A DNA stretch of 64,000 nt from the human T2T-CHM13v2.0 reference genome, Homo sapiens. The stretch is from NCBI RefSeq assembly GCF_009914755.1, contig NC_060937.1; one strand, written 5' to 3'. The notes under the pieces were generated by a model. The model had not been told where the DNA came from and ran no database searches. It worked only from the letters and a program-made list of their open reading frames with translations. A program made the position numbers and the translations under genes. This document shows positions 15,501 through 43,603 of the stretch, piece after piece (the stretch's first letter is position 1; each line of letters opens with the position of its first letter).

Positions 15501-18500
15501 CAAGATAGACCATATGATAGACCATAAAACAAGCCTCAATAAATTTAAGAAAGTTGAAATTTTATTAAGCACTCTCTCAGACCACAGTGGAATAAAACTG
15601 GAAATCAACTCCAAAAGGAACCTTCAAAACCATGCAAATACATGGAAATTAAATAACCTGCTCCTGAATAAGCATTGGGTCAAAAACGAAAGGAAGATGG
15701 AAATTAAAAAATTCTTTGAACAGAATCATAATAATGGCACAATCTATCTAAACCTCTGGGATACAGCAAAGTCGGTGCTAAGAAGAAAGTTCATAGCCCT
15801 AAACACCTATGTCAAAAAGACTGAAAGAGCACAGACTGACATTCTAAGGTCACACCTCAAGCAACTAGAGAAACAAGAACAAATCAAACCCAAACCAGCA
15901 GAAGAAAGGAAATAACCAAAATCAGAGCAGAACTAAATGAAATTGAAACAAACAAAAAAATGAAACAAAAACTGGTTCTTTGAAGAGATAAATAAAATTG
16001 ATAGACCATTGGCAAGATTAACCAAGAAAAGAAGAGAGAAAATCCAAATTACCTCATTAAGAAACTAAACAGGAGATACTACAACTGACACCACTGAAAT
16101 ATAAAAGATCATTCAAGGCTAGAAACTAGAAAACCTAGAAGAGATAGATAAATTCCTGGAAAAATACAACCCTCCTAGCTTAAATCAGGAAGAATGAGAT
16201 ACCCCAAACAGACCAATAACAAGCAGCAAGATTGAAATGGTATTTTAAAAATTACCAACAAAATAAGTCCAGGAGCAGATGGATTCACAGCAGAATTCTA
16301 CCAGACATTCAAAGAATTGGTACCAGTCCTTTTGACACTATTCCACAAGATAGAGAAAGAGGGCACCCTCCCTAATTAATTCTATGAAGCCAGCATCACC
16401 CTAATACCAAAATCAGGAAAGGATATAACCAAAAAAGAAAGCTACAGATCAATATCCCTGATGAACATAGATGCTGAAATCCTTAACAAAATGCTAGTTA
16501 ACTGAATCCAACAACATATCAAAAAGATAATCCACCATGATCAAGTGGGTTTCATACCAAGGATGCAGGGATGGTTTAGCATACACAAGTCAATAAATGT
16601 GATACACCACATAAACAGAATTAAAAACAAAAATTACATGATCATCTCAATTGATGTGGAAAAAGCATTTGACAAAATGAAACATCCCTTTATGATTAAC
16701 ATTCTCAGCAAAATCAGCATACGAGGGACATACCTCAATGTAATAAAAGCCATCTATGACAAACCCACAGCCAACATAATACTGAATGGGGAAAAGTTGA
16801 AAGCATTTCCTCTGAAAACTGGAACAAGGCAATGATCCCCACTCTCACCACTTCTCTTCAGCAAGGTCCTGGAGGTCCTAGCCAGAGCAATCAGACAAGA
16901 GAAAGAAATAAAGGGCATCCAAATCAGTAAAGAGAAAGTCAAACTGTCACTGTTTGCTGATGATATGATCGTTTAACTCAAAAACCCTAAAGACTCCTCC
17001 AGAAAGCCCCTAGAACTGATAAAAGAAGCAAAGTTTCCAGACACAAGATTAACGTACAAAAATTAGTAGCTCTTCTATACACCAACAGCGGCCAAGAGGA
17101 GAATCAAATCAAGAACTCAACCCCCTTTACAACAGCTGCAAATAAAATAAAATACTCAGGAATATACCTAACCAAGGAGGCAAAAGACCTCCAAAAGAAA
17201 ACCACAAAACACTGCCGAAAGAAATCATCGATGACACAAATGAATGGATACACATCCCATGCTCATGGATGGGTAGAATTAATATTGTGAAAATGACCAT
17301 ACTTCCAAAAGCAATCTACAGGTTCAACACAATCCCCATCAAAATACCACTATTATTCTTCAAATAATTAGAAAAAAAAATTCTAAAATTCATACAGAAC
17401 CAAAAAAGAGCCTGCATAGCCAAAGCAAGATTAAGCAAAAAGAACAAATCTGGAGGCATCACACTACCTCACACTACTAGTACTGGTATAAAAATAGACA
17501 CATAGACCAATGGAACCGAATAGAGAACCCAGAAAGAAACCCAAATACTTACAGCGAACTGATCTTTGACAAAGCAAACAAAAACATGAAGTGGGGAAAG
17601 AACACCCTTTTCAACAAATGTTGCTGGGATAATTGGCTAACCACTGAATCCTCGTCTCTCACCTTATTCAAAAATCAACTCAAGATGGATTAAGGACTTA
17701 AACCTAAAACCTGAATCTATAAAAATTCCAGAAGATAACATAGGAAGAACCCTTCTAGACATTGACTTAGTCAAGGATTTCATGACCAAGAACCCAAAAG
17801 CAAATGCAATAAAAACAAAGATAAATCGGTGGGACTTAGTTAAACTAAATAACTTTTGCATGGCAAAAAGAGCAGTCAGCAGAGTAAATATTCAGCCAGT
17901 GGAGTGGGAGAAAATCTTCACAATCTATATAGCTGACAAAGGACTAATATCCAAAATCTACAATGAACTCAAACAAATAAGAAAAAAAACAAACAATTCC
18001 ATCAAAAAGTGGGCTAAGAACATGAATAGACAATTCTCAAAAGAAGATATAAAAATGGTCAACAAACATATGAAAAAATGCTGAACATCACTAATGATCA
18101 GGGAAATGCAAATCAAAACCACAGTGTGATACCATCTTACTCCTCCAAGAATGGCCATAATCAAAAAATAAAAAAACAGTAGATGTCTGCATGGAAGCAG
18201 TTATGAGGGAACACTTCTACACTGCTAGTGGGAATGTAAACTAGTACAGCCATTAGAGAAAACAGTGTGGAGATTCTTTAAAGAACTAAAAGTAGAACTA
18301 CCATTTGATCCAGCAATCCCACTACTGGGTATCTAACCAGAGGAAAGGAAGTCATTATATGAAAAAGATACTTGCACACACGTTTATAGCAGCTCAATGC
18401 GCAATTGCAAAATCGTGGAACCAACCCAAATGCCCATCAATCAATGAGTGGATAAAGAAACTGCTGATTATATATATATATATGATGGAATACTACTCAG

Positions 18501-19348
18501 CCATAAAAAGAAATGAATTAACGGCATTTGCAGTGACCTGGATGAGATTGGAGACTATTATTTTAAGTTAAGTAACTCAGGAATGGAAAACCAAACATCG
18601 TACGTTCTCACTGACATGTGGGAACTAAGCTAGGAGAATGCAAAGGCATAAGAATGTACGATGGACTTTGGGGATTTGGGGGAAGGACGGGGGGGCAGTG
18701 AGGAATAAAAGACTACAAATAGGGTACAGTGTATACTGCTCAGGTGTTGGATGCACCAAAATCTCACAAATCACCACTAAAGAACTCACTCATGTAACCA
18801 AATGCCACTTGTACCCCAACAACCTATAGAAAAAAAAAATCGAAAATTTTTAAAAGACACATGCACATGTATGTTCACTGCAGTCCCATTCACAATAGTG
18901 AAGACATGGAATCAACCTAAATATCCACCAATGATAGACTGGATAAAGAAAATGTGGTACATATACATTATGGAATACTATGCAGCCATAAAAAAGAATG
19001 AGATCATGTACTTTGCAGGGACATGGATGGAGCTGGGGGTCATTAACCTTAGCAAACAAATGCAGGAAGAGAAAACCAAATACAGCATGTTCTCCCTTAT
19101 AAGTGGAAGCGAAAGGATGAGAACACATGGACACATAGAGAGGAACAAGACACACTGGGGTCTATCTAAGGGTGGAGTGTGGGAGGAGAGAGGTGGCAGG
19201 AGGGATAAGGAAGAATAACTAATGGATACCTAGTACTTGGGTGATGAAATAATCTGTACAAAAATTCCCATGACACACTTTTACCTATGCAACAAACCTG
19301 TACATCCTGCACATGTACCTCTGAACTTACAATAAAAGTTTAAAAAAA
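12590..19348 (+). mobile_element. Older L1PA (PA15/16-like) 3' end (12590-12856 and 18853-19348), interrupted by L1PB1
   Basis: ORF2 C-terminal/3'UTR sequence is continuous across the nested element; degenerate TSD AAAGACA(CA)TGCA at 12846-12856 and 18853-18865. Confidence 0.7.
12866..18840 (+). mobile_element. Near full-length L1PB1-like element, inactivated
   Basis: L1PBa-type 5'UTR (CAGGACTAGATTGCAGCTCCGAC); ORF1 and ORF2 fragments (endonuclease LNVNGLN/CLQETH, RT TTTGCTGATGATATG at ~16952); L1PB 3'UTR and A tail. Confidence 0.88.
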
Positions 19349-21165
19349 CCCAGTGTATTTCTGGTAATTTCTTCAACTCAAAAGTATCTCAAGAAAACAA
19401 TGGAATCTGCAAACTGGATCATTCTTTCTTAATCAAAGACTAACTGTTTGGCTTAAACATATTTACTTGGTGTTATTTAAGATCTGCCATAAAATGTTGA
19501 AATACTGTAGTTTGCATGGAGGTTCACCTCAGAAGGATGGTAGAATTTTCTTCTCAGAATTAGTACCTTGTAATTCAAATGGCTTATAAAAATGTCTATG
19601 GCTAATTCTTATCTCTGCTGTGCATTAACCAGAAGGCTAACATATTTGCAGGGAAACTCTCTTGTAATGTGATGAGACTCACAATGAGTTGGTCTTCCTC
19701 CATGAGAAAGGCACAGTAGGGGTCATGCCATACCCAATTACACCATGGTTCTGTCTGGTATCCCTGAACAGTTACCATAGACACTTTGAAGTATTGAAGT
19801 AACAGATGGTAAATTTAAAAGAACAGCTTCTTAAAATTTAAAACAAGTCCAAATGTAAACCTCCCTCATCTTCTCAATTCCATTCTTTGCCAAAAAAAAG
19901 GGAGAACAACATCACAAGTATGATTCTAAGCTGTTTATTTTTGAAGTATCATTTATCTTAGATTTCAAAATCCATTATAATTCCTATTAAACAGTGGGTT
20001 TTTTTTTTTTTTTTGTGGGGAGGAGGAGGGTAAGACAATGCTTTATTTTTATAGGCTTTTCCTAGCTGATGACCAGTATGCGGAAACAATAGTCATGAGG
20101 CTACAACTTCTAGGAGGCAGTAGCAGAGAGGCAAGCTGCAACCACTGCCCACTTCACTCTTCCAAATTTATTCAGGACATCAAACCACTATATCTGAATG
20201 AATGTGAAAAAATGTAATCTTTCTTTTATATGAAAAATGTCTTATGTAATTTATCTTTTTGTTTTTGTATAAGAGGGAGAAGTTTAAAGTCATTGTAGCT
20301 TCCTCTTATTCTTTGAGTGAGGATGAGGCATGCTGATTAAGTAGCGTATGGTGTGCACTAGAGGCTAATGTTGAACTGAAGCTGTAACATGGGAGAAAAC
20401 ACGTAGTCCGACCTCTACTGTGGCATGGGGTTAGGATGCAATATTTAGCTTGTTTAAAAATAGATAATAAAATAGTGTAGACTTCTTGTCAAAAGGACAT
20501 TCAAAGTTTATACTTTGAATCACTCACAGACCTCCACGTCCAAACGTATAACCATGGGAGCAAAGCATAATATAAAATTCTAAAAAAGGATAATACTCTT
20601 TATGAATGAGGAACTTAAGAGAAATGTTGGACTGAAGCCCCATGACTGCCTTTCTCAGTATCAGAAGCAGCAGAAGCAGTAAGGATATCAGTCTCCAGGT
20701 CCAGGGAGAAGTAGGGTGGAGTGGCAAGTCTCTCTCCTCCCTACTTTCTTTTTCTCCTACCCCAGGAAAACAGGCAGAAAAAAAAGGTGTTGCCAGTTGC
20801 TGACCAAAGGTATAGCTTATAAGAATCGGAGTACTAGGAAAAACAGCAGGACAGACTCAACTTTCAAGACCAAGCCTAGCCAACATGTCATCTAGCTCCA
20901 AACTATCCCAATATCATGGTGGATAAGACCACTGAGCCATTAGAAAAAGATCTGGTTTTGGACTATGAGTCCTAGGGGCTGGGCTGAGGCAACCACAAAA
21001 ACTCTAAACAGAGAGGAGGAAGAGAGATAAGAGAAAAATAGCACCAAGTCAAGGTGGATCTAAAAAGCAACATTCTAAAATATACAAATAAAATTAACAC
21101 CAAGAAAGATATAAAGTAAAATCAAACCTTGGGAAATATAATAATTTTAGACAAAATAGAAATAA

Positions 21166-22811
<1,646 letters not shown>

Positions 22812-23282
22812 AAAAGTGCCATTTAAAAAATACTTTAGAACATGTATGTTTAAAGTCAACAAAGAGATACATAAAGTGATAGCATAATTCAAGGAAACGG
22901 GAAATCATACAAAAGTAATTTTTACAACTCAGTAGACTGGACAAACTCTAAACTGGAATTATCAAAGTAATACAAATAGATTGAGGGGCAATACCAATGA
23001 ATTCACCAAGAATTTAGCAGAGAGAATAAGAGGAAAAATTTTGAAAGATTAATTAAGAGATATAAAGATATATCGATATAGAGATAGATATAAATAAATG
23101 AATGAGTGAATAAACACAGACACAACCATGAAATTCCACCCCCCTCCCCACCGCTGCAGAAAAGAATGGAGAAAAAGGCAGAAGCAACAAGAAATGAGAT
23201 AAAAACTGAGAATTTTCAGAGTTGATGAAAGACATCAGCAGTCAGAAAATACACTCCGGTGTTTTGTTTTTGTTTTTGTTTT

Positions 23283-33650
<10,368 letters not shown>

Positions 33651-33659
33651 AAATGTATA

Positions 33660-35500
<1,841 letters not shown>

Positions 35501-37784
35501 TTTATTCTGTAACAAGAAATACTATGTAAAAGATCTATTGTAGTAGGCAGTGCTATACGTGAAATATTTCCAGTTCTGCTGGCCATATGGTACCATCGCA
35601 TATCCCTGTTCCCCTGAGGTTAGTTGTAACCACGTCACTTGTTTTGGTAAATGAAATGTGAATGGAGGGAACTTTTGCCACTTTTAGGCAGGAGCTTTAG
35701 GAGCTACAATTCAGTTGGCCAGATCATTTTTTTTCCCTTGGCAATGTCAGAAGCATGGAGATGGAGCCTCTCTTAGCCTATGCACTGGAGTGAAGATGAA
35801 CCCTGAGTCTGTATCATCCTTCTGCCTGTCCACATGTGAAGTGTAGCAGCATCAAAGGAACTGATGTCACCACCTCATTTTCAAGTTAGGCTTCCACAGT
35901 AATTCTCTGGATTTCTGTCTTCTAAAAGCTGAATTACTTTAGATTTTCTTCTTTCAATATGCATTTGCCATTTGTTGGCCTAATCACCAAACAAACATGT
36001 AAAAATAATTTTTATAAGGAAACAGACCCATAGCTAAGAGAGGTATAAGAAAAAATGCAAGTATTAATTGATTTTTAAGCTAGTAATTTAACTATTTGCT
36101 GATTATTTTATTGCTTCTTATTTTTTCTGTCTCCAGTCTTCCAGTAATATCTGAGAGCTTTCAGACACAGTTTTCCATGTACTAATACAAATTGCTTATA
36201 AATACCATCAAGAAAAGCCCAGAGTCTGAAAACAGAGGCTTTCAGCTGGTTATAAAACTGGAAAACTGTCCTGTGTCTTAATTCTCCCTTATCCTACCAA
36301 TTTGACCATCCCTTAGTTACCAGAACCTTTCATCTTTGAACGTTTTGCATTTTGATTTGAAGACGACCACAGCTTCCATAAAGTATTCTATGACAATTGA
36401 CACATATATTTTTTTCTGAAAATAAACAGAAAATATTCCTGATGATTAAAAAAAATGTCTGTAATCACAATGACCCAATCCTTTTCTGACAGGATTATAA
36501 TCATTGTTTCTGTGAAGGATTCAGGATGAGATATTGTAGTTGAAACACAGATCACCCCTCTATAATATCATTGTTACTCTTTTCTGAAAATTAATTATTT
36601 GCAAAGACTATGAAGATGCACTAATTGAAGGTTTGTTTTGAATAAACTTGCAGCAATTTTTCTGAAACTGACTTATAACTTCCAGAATGTGAGGATTTGG
36701 CAAAGAGAATGGTGCACTATTTTCTGTGGGCTGCCTTCCATTGCAGTTTACCTAGATTCCAAGAATCATGTCCTTGCACCTGTGTCAGATTCTGTTATGA
36801 GAACGACAAGATCCACTATCAGGAAGGCTTGTTGCCCTGCCATGTCACACAGACTTTCAAATGATTTCTAGCTTTTGTTTGTAACACTTAGGTGTGATGG
36901 CAATTTTTTTTTTCAGAGGAGTTTTATAAAAGCTCTGTAAATTATCAAAGAAAACTAACCATTTTCAATTAAAGAAAAAAATCGATCACATTGACTTTTA
37001 TGATGAGAGAAACATTTGAGGAAAATGAGAAAATAAATAATTCTAAATCCCAATATTTTCAAAAGCTTTAAAGTAGATAGCCAACGTGATAGTAGGATAA
37101 ATTACCACATTTTTCCAGCTAGATTCAAATTATACCGAATTCATTCATCTCTGTAAAGTTAAATTTTGAAAAATAAAGGTGCTTTTACATAAGATATTAT
37201 TTTTCAAAGTTTAAGTAATCTTGGGCACTTATTTTTAAGAAGAGCAAATCTTGTTCAAAAATGTCTATTTGCTTTGGGTAAAAAAGTTTCAGATTTTGAA
37301 AAAAGTCTCTGATGGTTTATTTTTATTTTCTTATTTTACATTTTTGAACTTTAAAACATTTCCAAAACCAGTATTGGATCTGTTTGGGTTTGATATAGGT
37401 CATGACATTGTTTCTTTTGAGTATTCTTAAGAGTGGTATTGACATTTGAAGAATCCAAATGGCTAGAAATGCAAAATAGGACAGTGATAATTTATGCTGT
37501 TTTAGTCATCTGCTCAGAAATGCACACTGAATGAATAGCCATTGTACTGTCAAAAATGTTGTACTAGCACTGGGAACTTTGTTGATCTTGGAAGCTTACT
37601 GTTTTCTAATCTGTGCTTGGTGACCTTTAAAGTTCCAGTAATATTTGCCTGTTAATGAATCAGACTTTGTTCAAGGCATTCCATTGACTGATTTTGCATT
37701 AATCAATAGTTTTTACTTAAAAGCCACAAAGACCAGAGCAGAGTACTCTGCTTGGTGCTGCTTAAGACCTAAAAAGAGATAATA

Positions 37785-37997
37785 CAGTTTAGGAGCTTGG
37801 ACTCTGAAATCAGACTGCTTAGCTTCAAATCCTGGCTCTGCCACTTATGGCTGGGTAACTGTGGGCAAATTGACCTCTCTGTGCCTCAGTTTTCTCGTTT
37901 ATACAATAAGAATAATTATCTCAAGGAGTTGTTTGACAATTTAATAACTTAATAAATGTAAAGGGCTTACAGCAATTCTTGGCATTTAGTAAGCACT
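37785..37997 (+). mobile_element. MIR
   Basis: MIR core TCAAATCCTGGCTCTGCCACTTA...CTCTGTGCCTCAGTTTTCTC. Confidence 0.8.
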
Positions 37998-38267
37998 AGA
38001 TAGCTTCTAAGATAAATTGTAGAAAGTTTCTTTCTAATGGCAGTAATACATGTGTGAGCTATTCATAAAAACAAAACAAATCGACCACAGAGGAAAGGAT
38101 ATAGATTAAGAATTAGAGCTGGGTACTATTTCCTAGTTTTCATCCCATGAAGACTGATAAATGAATATCACAATACTTGCCCTGATGCCTTAGCTAACAG
38201 CTTGATGAGGAGAACCAAATGAGATAATGAATTCTCTTAAATGAGGAGATCCAAATGAGATAATGGA

Positions 38268-38405
38268 TTCCTTCCTTCCTTCCTTCCTTCCTTCCTCCCT
38301 CCCTCTTTCTCCTTCCTTCCTTTCTTTTCTTCCCTTCTCTTTCTTTCTTCTTGCCTTCTCTTCCTCCCTCGCCTGCCTGCCTTTCCTCCTCTCTCTCTCT
38401 TTCTT
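38268..38405. repeat. Polypyrimidine (TTCC/TTTC)n tract
   Basis: Directly visible; lies at the tail end of the adjacent antisense Alu monomer. Confidence 0.9.
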
Positions 38406-38523
38406 TTAGAGATGAAATATCACTATGTTCCCCAAGCTGGCCTTGAATTCCTGGGCTCTAGCAATCCTCCTTTCTTAGCCCCCTGAGTAGCTGGGACTAC
38501 AGACACATGCCTCCGTGCCTGGT
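38402..38523 (-). mobile_element. Alu monomer (FLAM-like)
   Basis: Single ~120 bp Alu arm. Confidence 0.75.
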
Positions 38524-41500
38524 TGAAATAATGTTTGCTTTCTACTTGAGGCCTTCCCAAAATTTTAAGCCAAAATTGCTCCTTCTTGATCACTCCCTAT
38601 GCTGTTTATTTATATTTTCTTCATGATACATAACACTAATTTTTGTGTTATAGTTAGTTGCTTATATGCTTCTTTCTCCAACTAGATAAGGTCTTGATGG
38701 TGGAGACACTGTTTTCTTACTCACTTCTCAAAACTCATCTAGCACTTGAAAATAATAGACATGTAATGAGTGTTTATTCTAAAGGGCTCTTACAGGTATA
38801 GCTTGACAAATCAACAGAATGATTATTATTACTATTATTGTTATTATAACTACCACCACATGTGACCTTATAGGGTATAATTATGTGGGTTTTGGGCATG
38901 AATATGAGTAGTAGAGTTGGGTGGGGTTAGAATGGAGCAACTCACACAGGGATTTTTTTTGAATAAATTCTGACTTCTTGTATTTCTGTTTTCTCTTTCC
39001 ATAATCTCCTTACATTAAAATGCAACACATTAGGTGCAGCAAGTATTTTCCTGGCTATTAACTGGGTCAGATGTAAAATAATTGATTATTATGGGATCTG
39101 CAGAAAGCCTCTAGTCTTCCTATGTTGTTACCATATGATAAATGAGGTTTATGGAAATAGCTAATTATGTGTTTGTCTAAATTCCAGCTAGAACTTGGGG
39201 ATTTATTTATTGATTCATTTATCTTTTAAAATTTTTTGAGTATTTATTTGCCATGTGCTAGACACTGTGCTAGGCACTGCATATGGGCAGTGGGACCTGC
39301 AGTGTTCGAGTCTATTCTGTATGTATAAACAGGAATCTCCATGAAGAGGCATAAGAATCACTCAAACATTGTGGTTCAAATCAACTTGAAAACACAGTTG
39401 GGGATCTTTGATCTTAGTTTAACACATTAGGTTATTTTCTTTTCTTGCAGTAATTGGATCTATAAACTTGAATTAATGTAGTGCTCATATTAGGGTATGT
39501 CAGCTGCACTGATCGCAAAATTTAAGCGTATGAATCTTACTCTAGGAGAAATTTTACTCTGGCCCACTAGCAACTGCTAAGAACCATCATTTTCATGAGT
39601 GAACTTGGGCAAGTAACATAACCTTGTAAGCTCATCTGTAAAACTGGGATAATAACAGGCTGTTTCTAGATTTCCTTTGAGAATTATTTTTATATACTCA
39701 AGAACCTATGGGTGCTTTTGCGATTCTGTTGCTGGATCTATTTAATGTTCATACACAGTATTAGAAATATATGTGAAAAATACAAATTAAAATAAGTTCA
39801 TGTGCTTTCTTAAAATTCACTAGAGTGATGATAGTTCTGAAGTGTAATGAATAGAGAGAAACATGCATTTCTTTATCCAGTTTTGAATGTGTGATATGTG
39901 GATGTTTCACATTACCTTATGGTGTATCAAATGTATGCTTAAAGCATAAACTTTTAAATGAGACACGCACTTTCATTTTTCATATCCTCTTTGTAAACCT
40001 CTGAAATCACCTACATATTTTATTTAAAATCAAAACATTACAATTGAGCAACTACAGCATGCAATTTCTTTCAAAACACAAAGCTTACTAATTTGCATCA
40101 AAATAAAAAAATCAAGACTGCTTAATTAAAACCTTGACACCATCAACCTCTTTAATTATACGTTAAAGAGACTGGCATCCTGGGGACACCAACTTGAAAT
40201 CAGTGTGCATTTTGAGTGTCTCTGGTGTGTGTACATGTGCAATTCACAGAAGGGAAAAAAAGAGGGGCATTAAGAGAAAGCAAAAACATGATTTAAATTT
40301 TCTTTAGACATTAATAATTTCACACTTTTAAAATAGGTAGGAAAAGGGCAAATTTGTCTTTTCAGAAGAATAATGCAGACTAGAATTGTAAAACAATGTT
40401 TCATCTCTTTTCTATGTCTAAATTTCAATGCATGCTTTCTTTTTAAAGAACAAAGATTTTTATGATAATTATTACTTAGAAAACAGGGTTCAAAAGCTTG
40501 GCTACTGCTTGTTGGATGTATATAGACCATATTGGGTAAATGAAGGAGGAAAGGGCTGTCTGTTTCTCTCCTTCTTTAGAGTGTATATAAATTGTGCAGT
40601 AAAATGACGGCTTTTCTTTACATCTTAATTCTTGTTGTCTTCACTATTATGTGCCTATTCCCAATTTCTTTCTCTAGTCTGGGACCCAGCAGCTCTTTGT
40701 TCTCATTGTGTCTGTCGTCTCCCTTTCTTTGTGTTGCAGGGAGATACTGCTACCCGCATCTGCCACTGAGCATGCGGGAAAAATCCTTCAATAGATTCTT
40801 TACTTAGGACTTTCAGTAGTATTACTCCATTTCTCCAGGTTTTGGTAATAACCAAAAAAAATCCTAAAGATATACCGAAACTTGGAAAGGTGATGGGTGA
40901 TACAGGTGGTTAGGTGGTGGGCTAGCAAGCTGGGACACAGGGAAGGTTAAGGGAGTCATCACACGCATTTAGCTAATTTATGGAAGCGCTCACCAAGCAT
41001 GTTAAATGCAGAACATCCACCCTGCACACAGAAGCTAGAGATGTAGATTAACAACTGAGAAGATACAAGTGTTTCTGAGCAGGAAGACACAAAACCATAT
41101 CTGAAACCAATAGATACGATGTGTTAGCAGCTCCAGAGAAATGAGGTACATTGTCACAAAGATTGGTATGTAAAGTCCCTAGCAAGGACTTTCACTAGAT
41201 AGTATATCATCTGAGGATGAGAACCAGTGGTGTAGATTTTTCTCATAATATAATCTCAGGTTTTCCTCTGATTGTGTTAAACACTCAAAATGCTAAGTCA
41301 GTCAGTATTCATTGAACACAACTCGATTAAATTCTTCTGCTTAAAAGCCTCTTTTAAAAAAAGCAGATTTGCTCGTTTTCCAAGTGGTAAGAAATAGCAG
41401 GTTTGCAGGTGAGATTAAAGTGTATTGGGTAGAATTCTGAGGTTTTCTGTTTTCTGCTTTCCCACCAGCAAGTCTGACTTTAATAACTTATACATTATTT

Positions 41501-42514
41501 AATAGAAGGAGCACTAAACAATTTTACTCATATTTCTCCCCATAACCATTTTTGCCTATTGTACTCATTGCCCGCATCACGAGCTCTTAGAATGGTTCCT
41601 GGCACAGAGTAGGTGCTCAAAGATCTTTTGTTTGGGGAATGCATGAATATACATAGTATGAAAAAAAAAGCAGTTCTTCTTTTATTGTGACAAACAATGA
41701 TGGTAACAGTTCAAATTTGACTATTTTAGAATAAATAAGTAAACACTTGTCTCCTTAGCAGCTGGCCACTCTACCTCTTAGAGAGAGGGCTTTCTTCTCT
41801 TTCTTCTCGGTCTCCTGTCTCCCACCATTTTGCTTCTCTATTACCAATGAGAACATGAGTGGCATCGTCCCAAAGCCTTTCTGTTCCCCCTATCTCCACT
41901 TTTCGGTTTTTAGAATAACGATCCCCAGCCTTTAAGTTTTCTATAGGATTCGTTAGCCAGTGGCTATTAAGTGCTGTCACGGAGCCTAACAGAGAGCTGG
42001 GAAGGGAGCAAACCAGCGGGCCGGTGGTGCACTACTCGAGGGCCAGCACCTGCAGCTGCTTCTTTGGGAACCCCCTGGTCCCCGCAACCGCCTCAGAGAC
42101 CCGCGCAGTTCACTGTCCCACCAAGCGGCAGGAGGAGGTGCTTGTGGCGGGAAAGTTCAGGCCAGGTCCAATCAGGCCCCTGGGATTAGGTAGCGAGGGT
42201 GGGTGCGGCTCCCCGGCCCCAACCCGGGCTGCCGGCCCCGCCCCCTGGGTGGGCTTCCCCACGGTTCTCCGCCCCCCCCCCCCCCACCCGCCCCCTCGGC
42301 GCTCTTGCCCCGCCCCGCTCCGGGGCCGCGGCTAAAACCCGGAGCCGCCGCGACGCCCAGGGGACTGGAGGGACGCACTGAGCATGTGCAGATCAGCTCG
42401 GTGGTGGCTGCCGCGGCCGGAGGCGAGGGCCCGGTGCTGATGCGAACCGCCGGCTCGGCCTCAGCCCGCGCGTGGTCGGCCCCCCAGGCCGGGGCGACAG
42501 GGAAGGAGCCGTAG

Positions 42515-43603
<1,089 letters not shown>

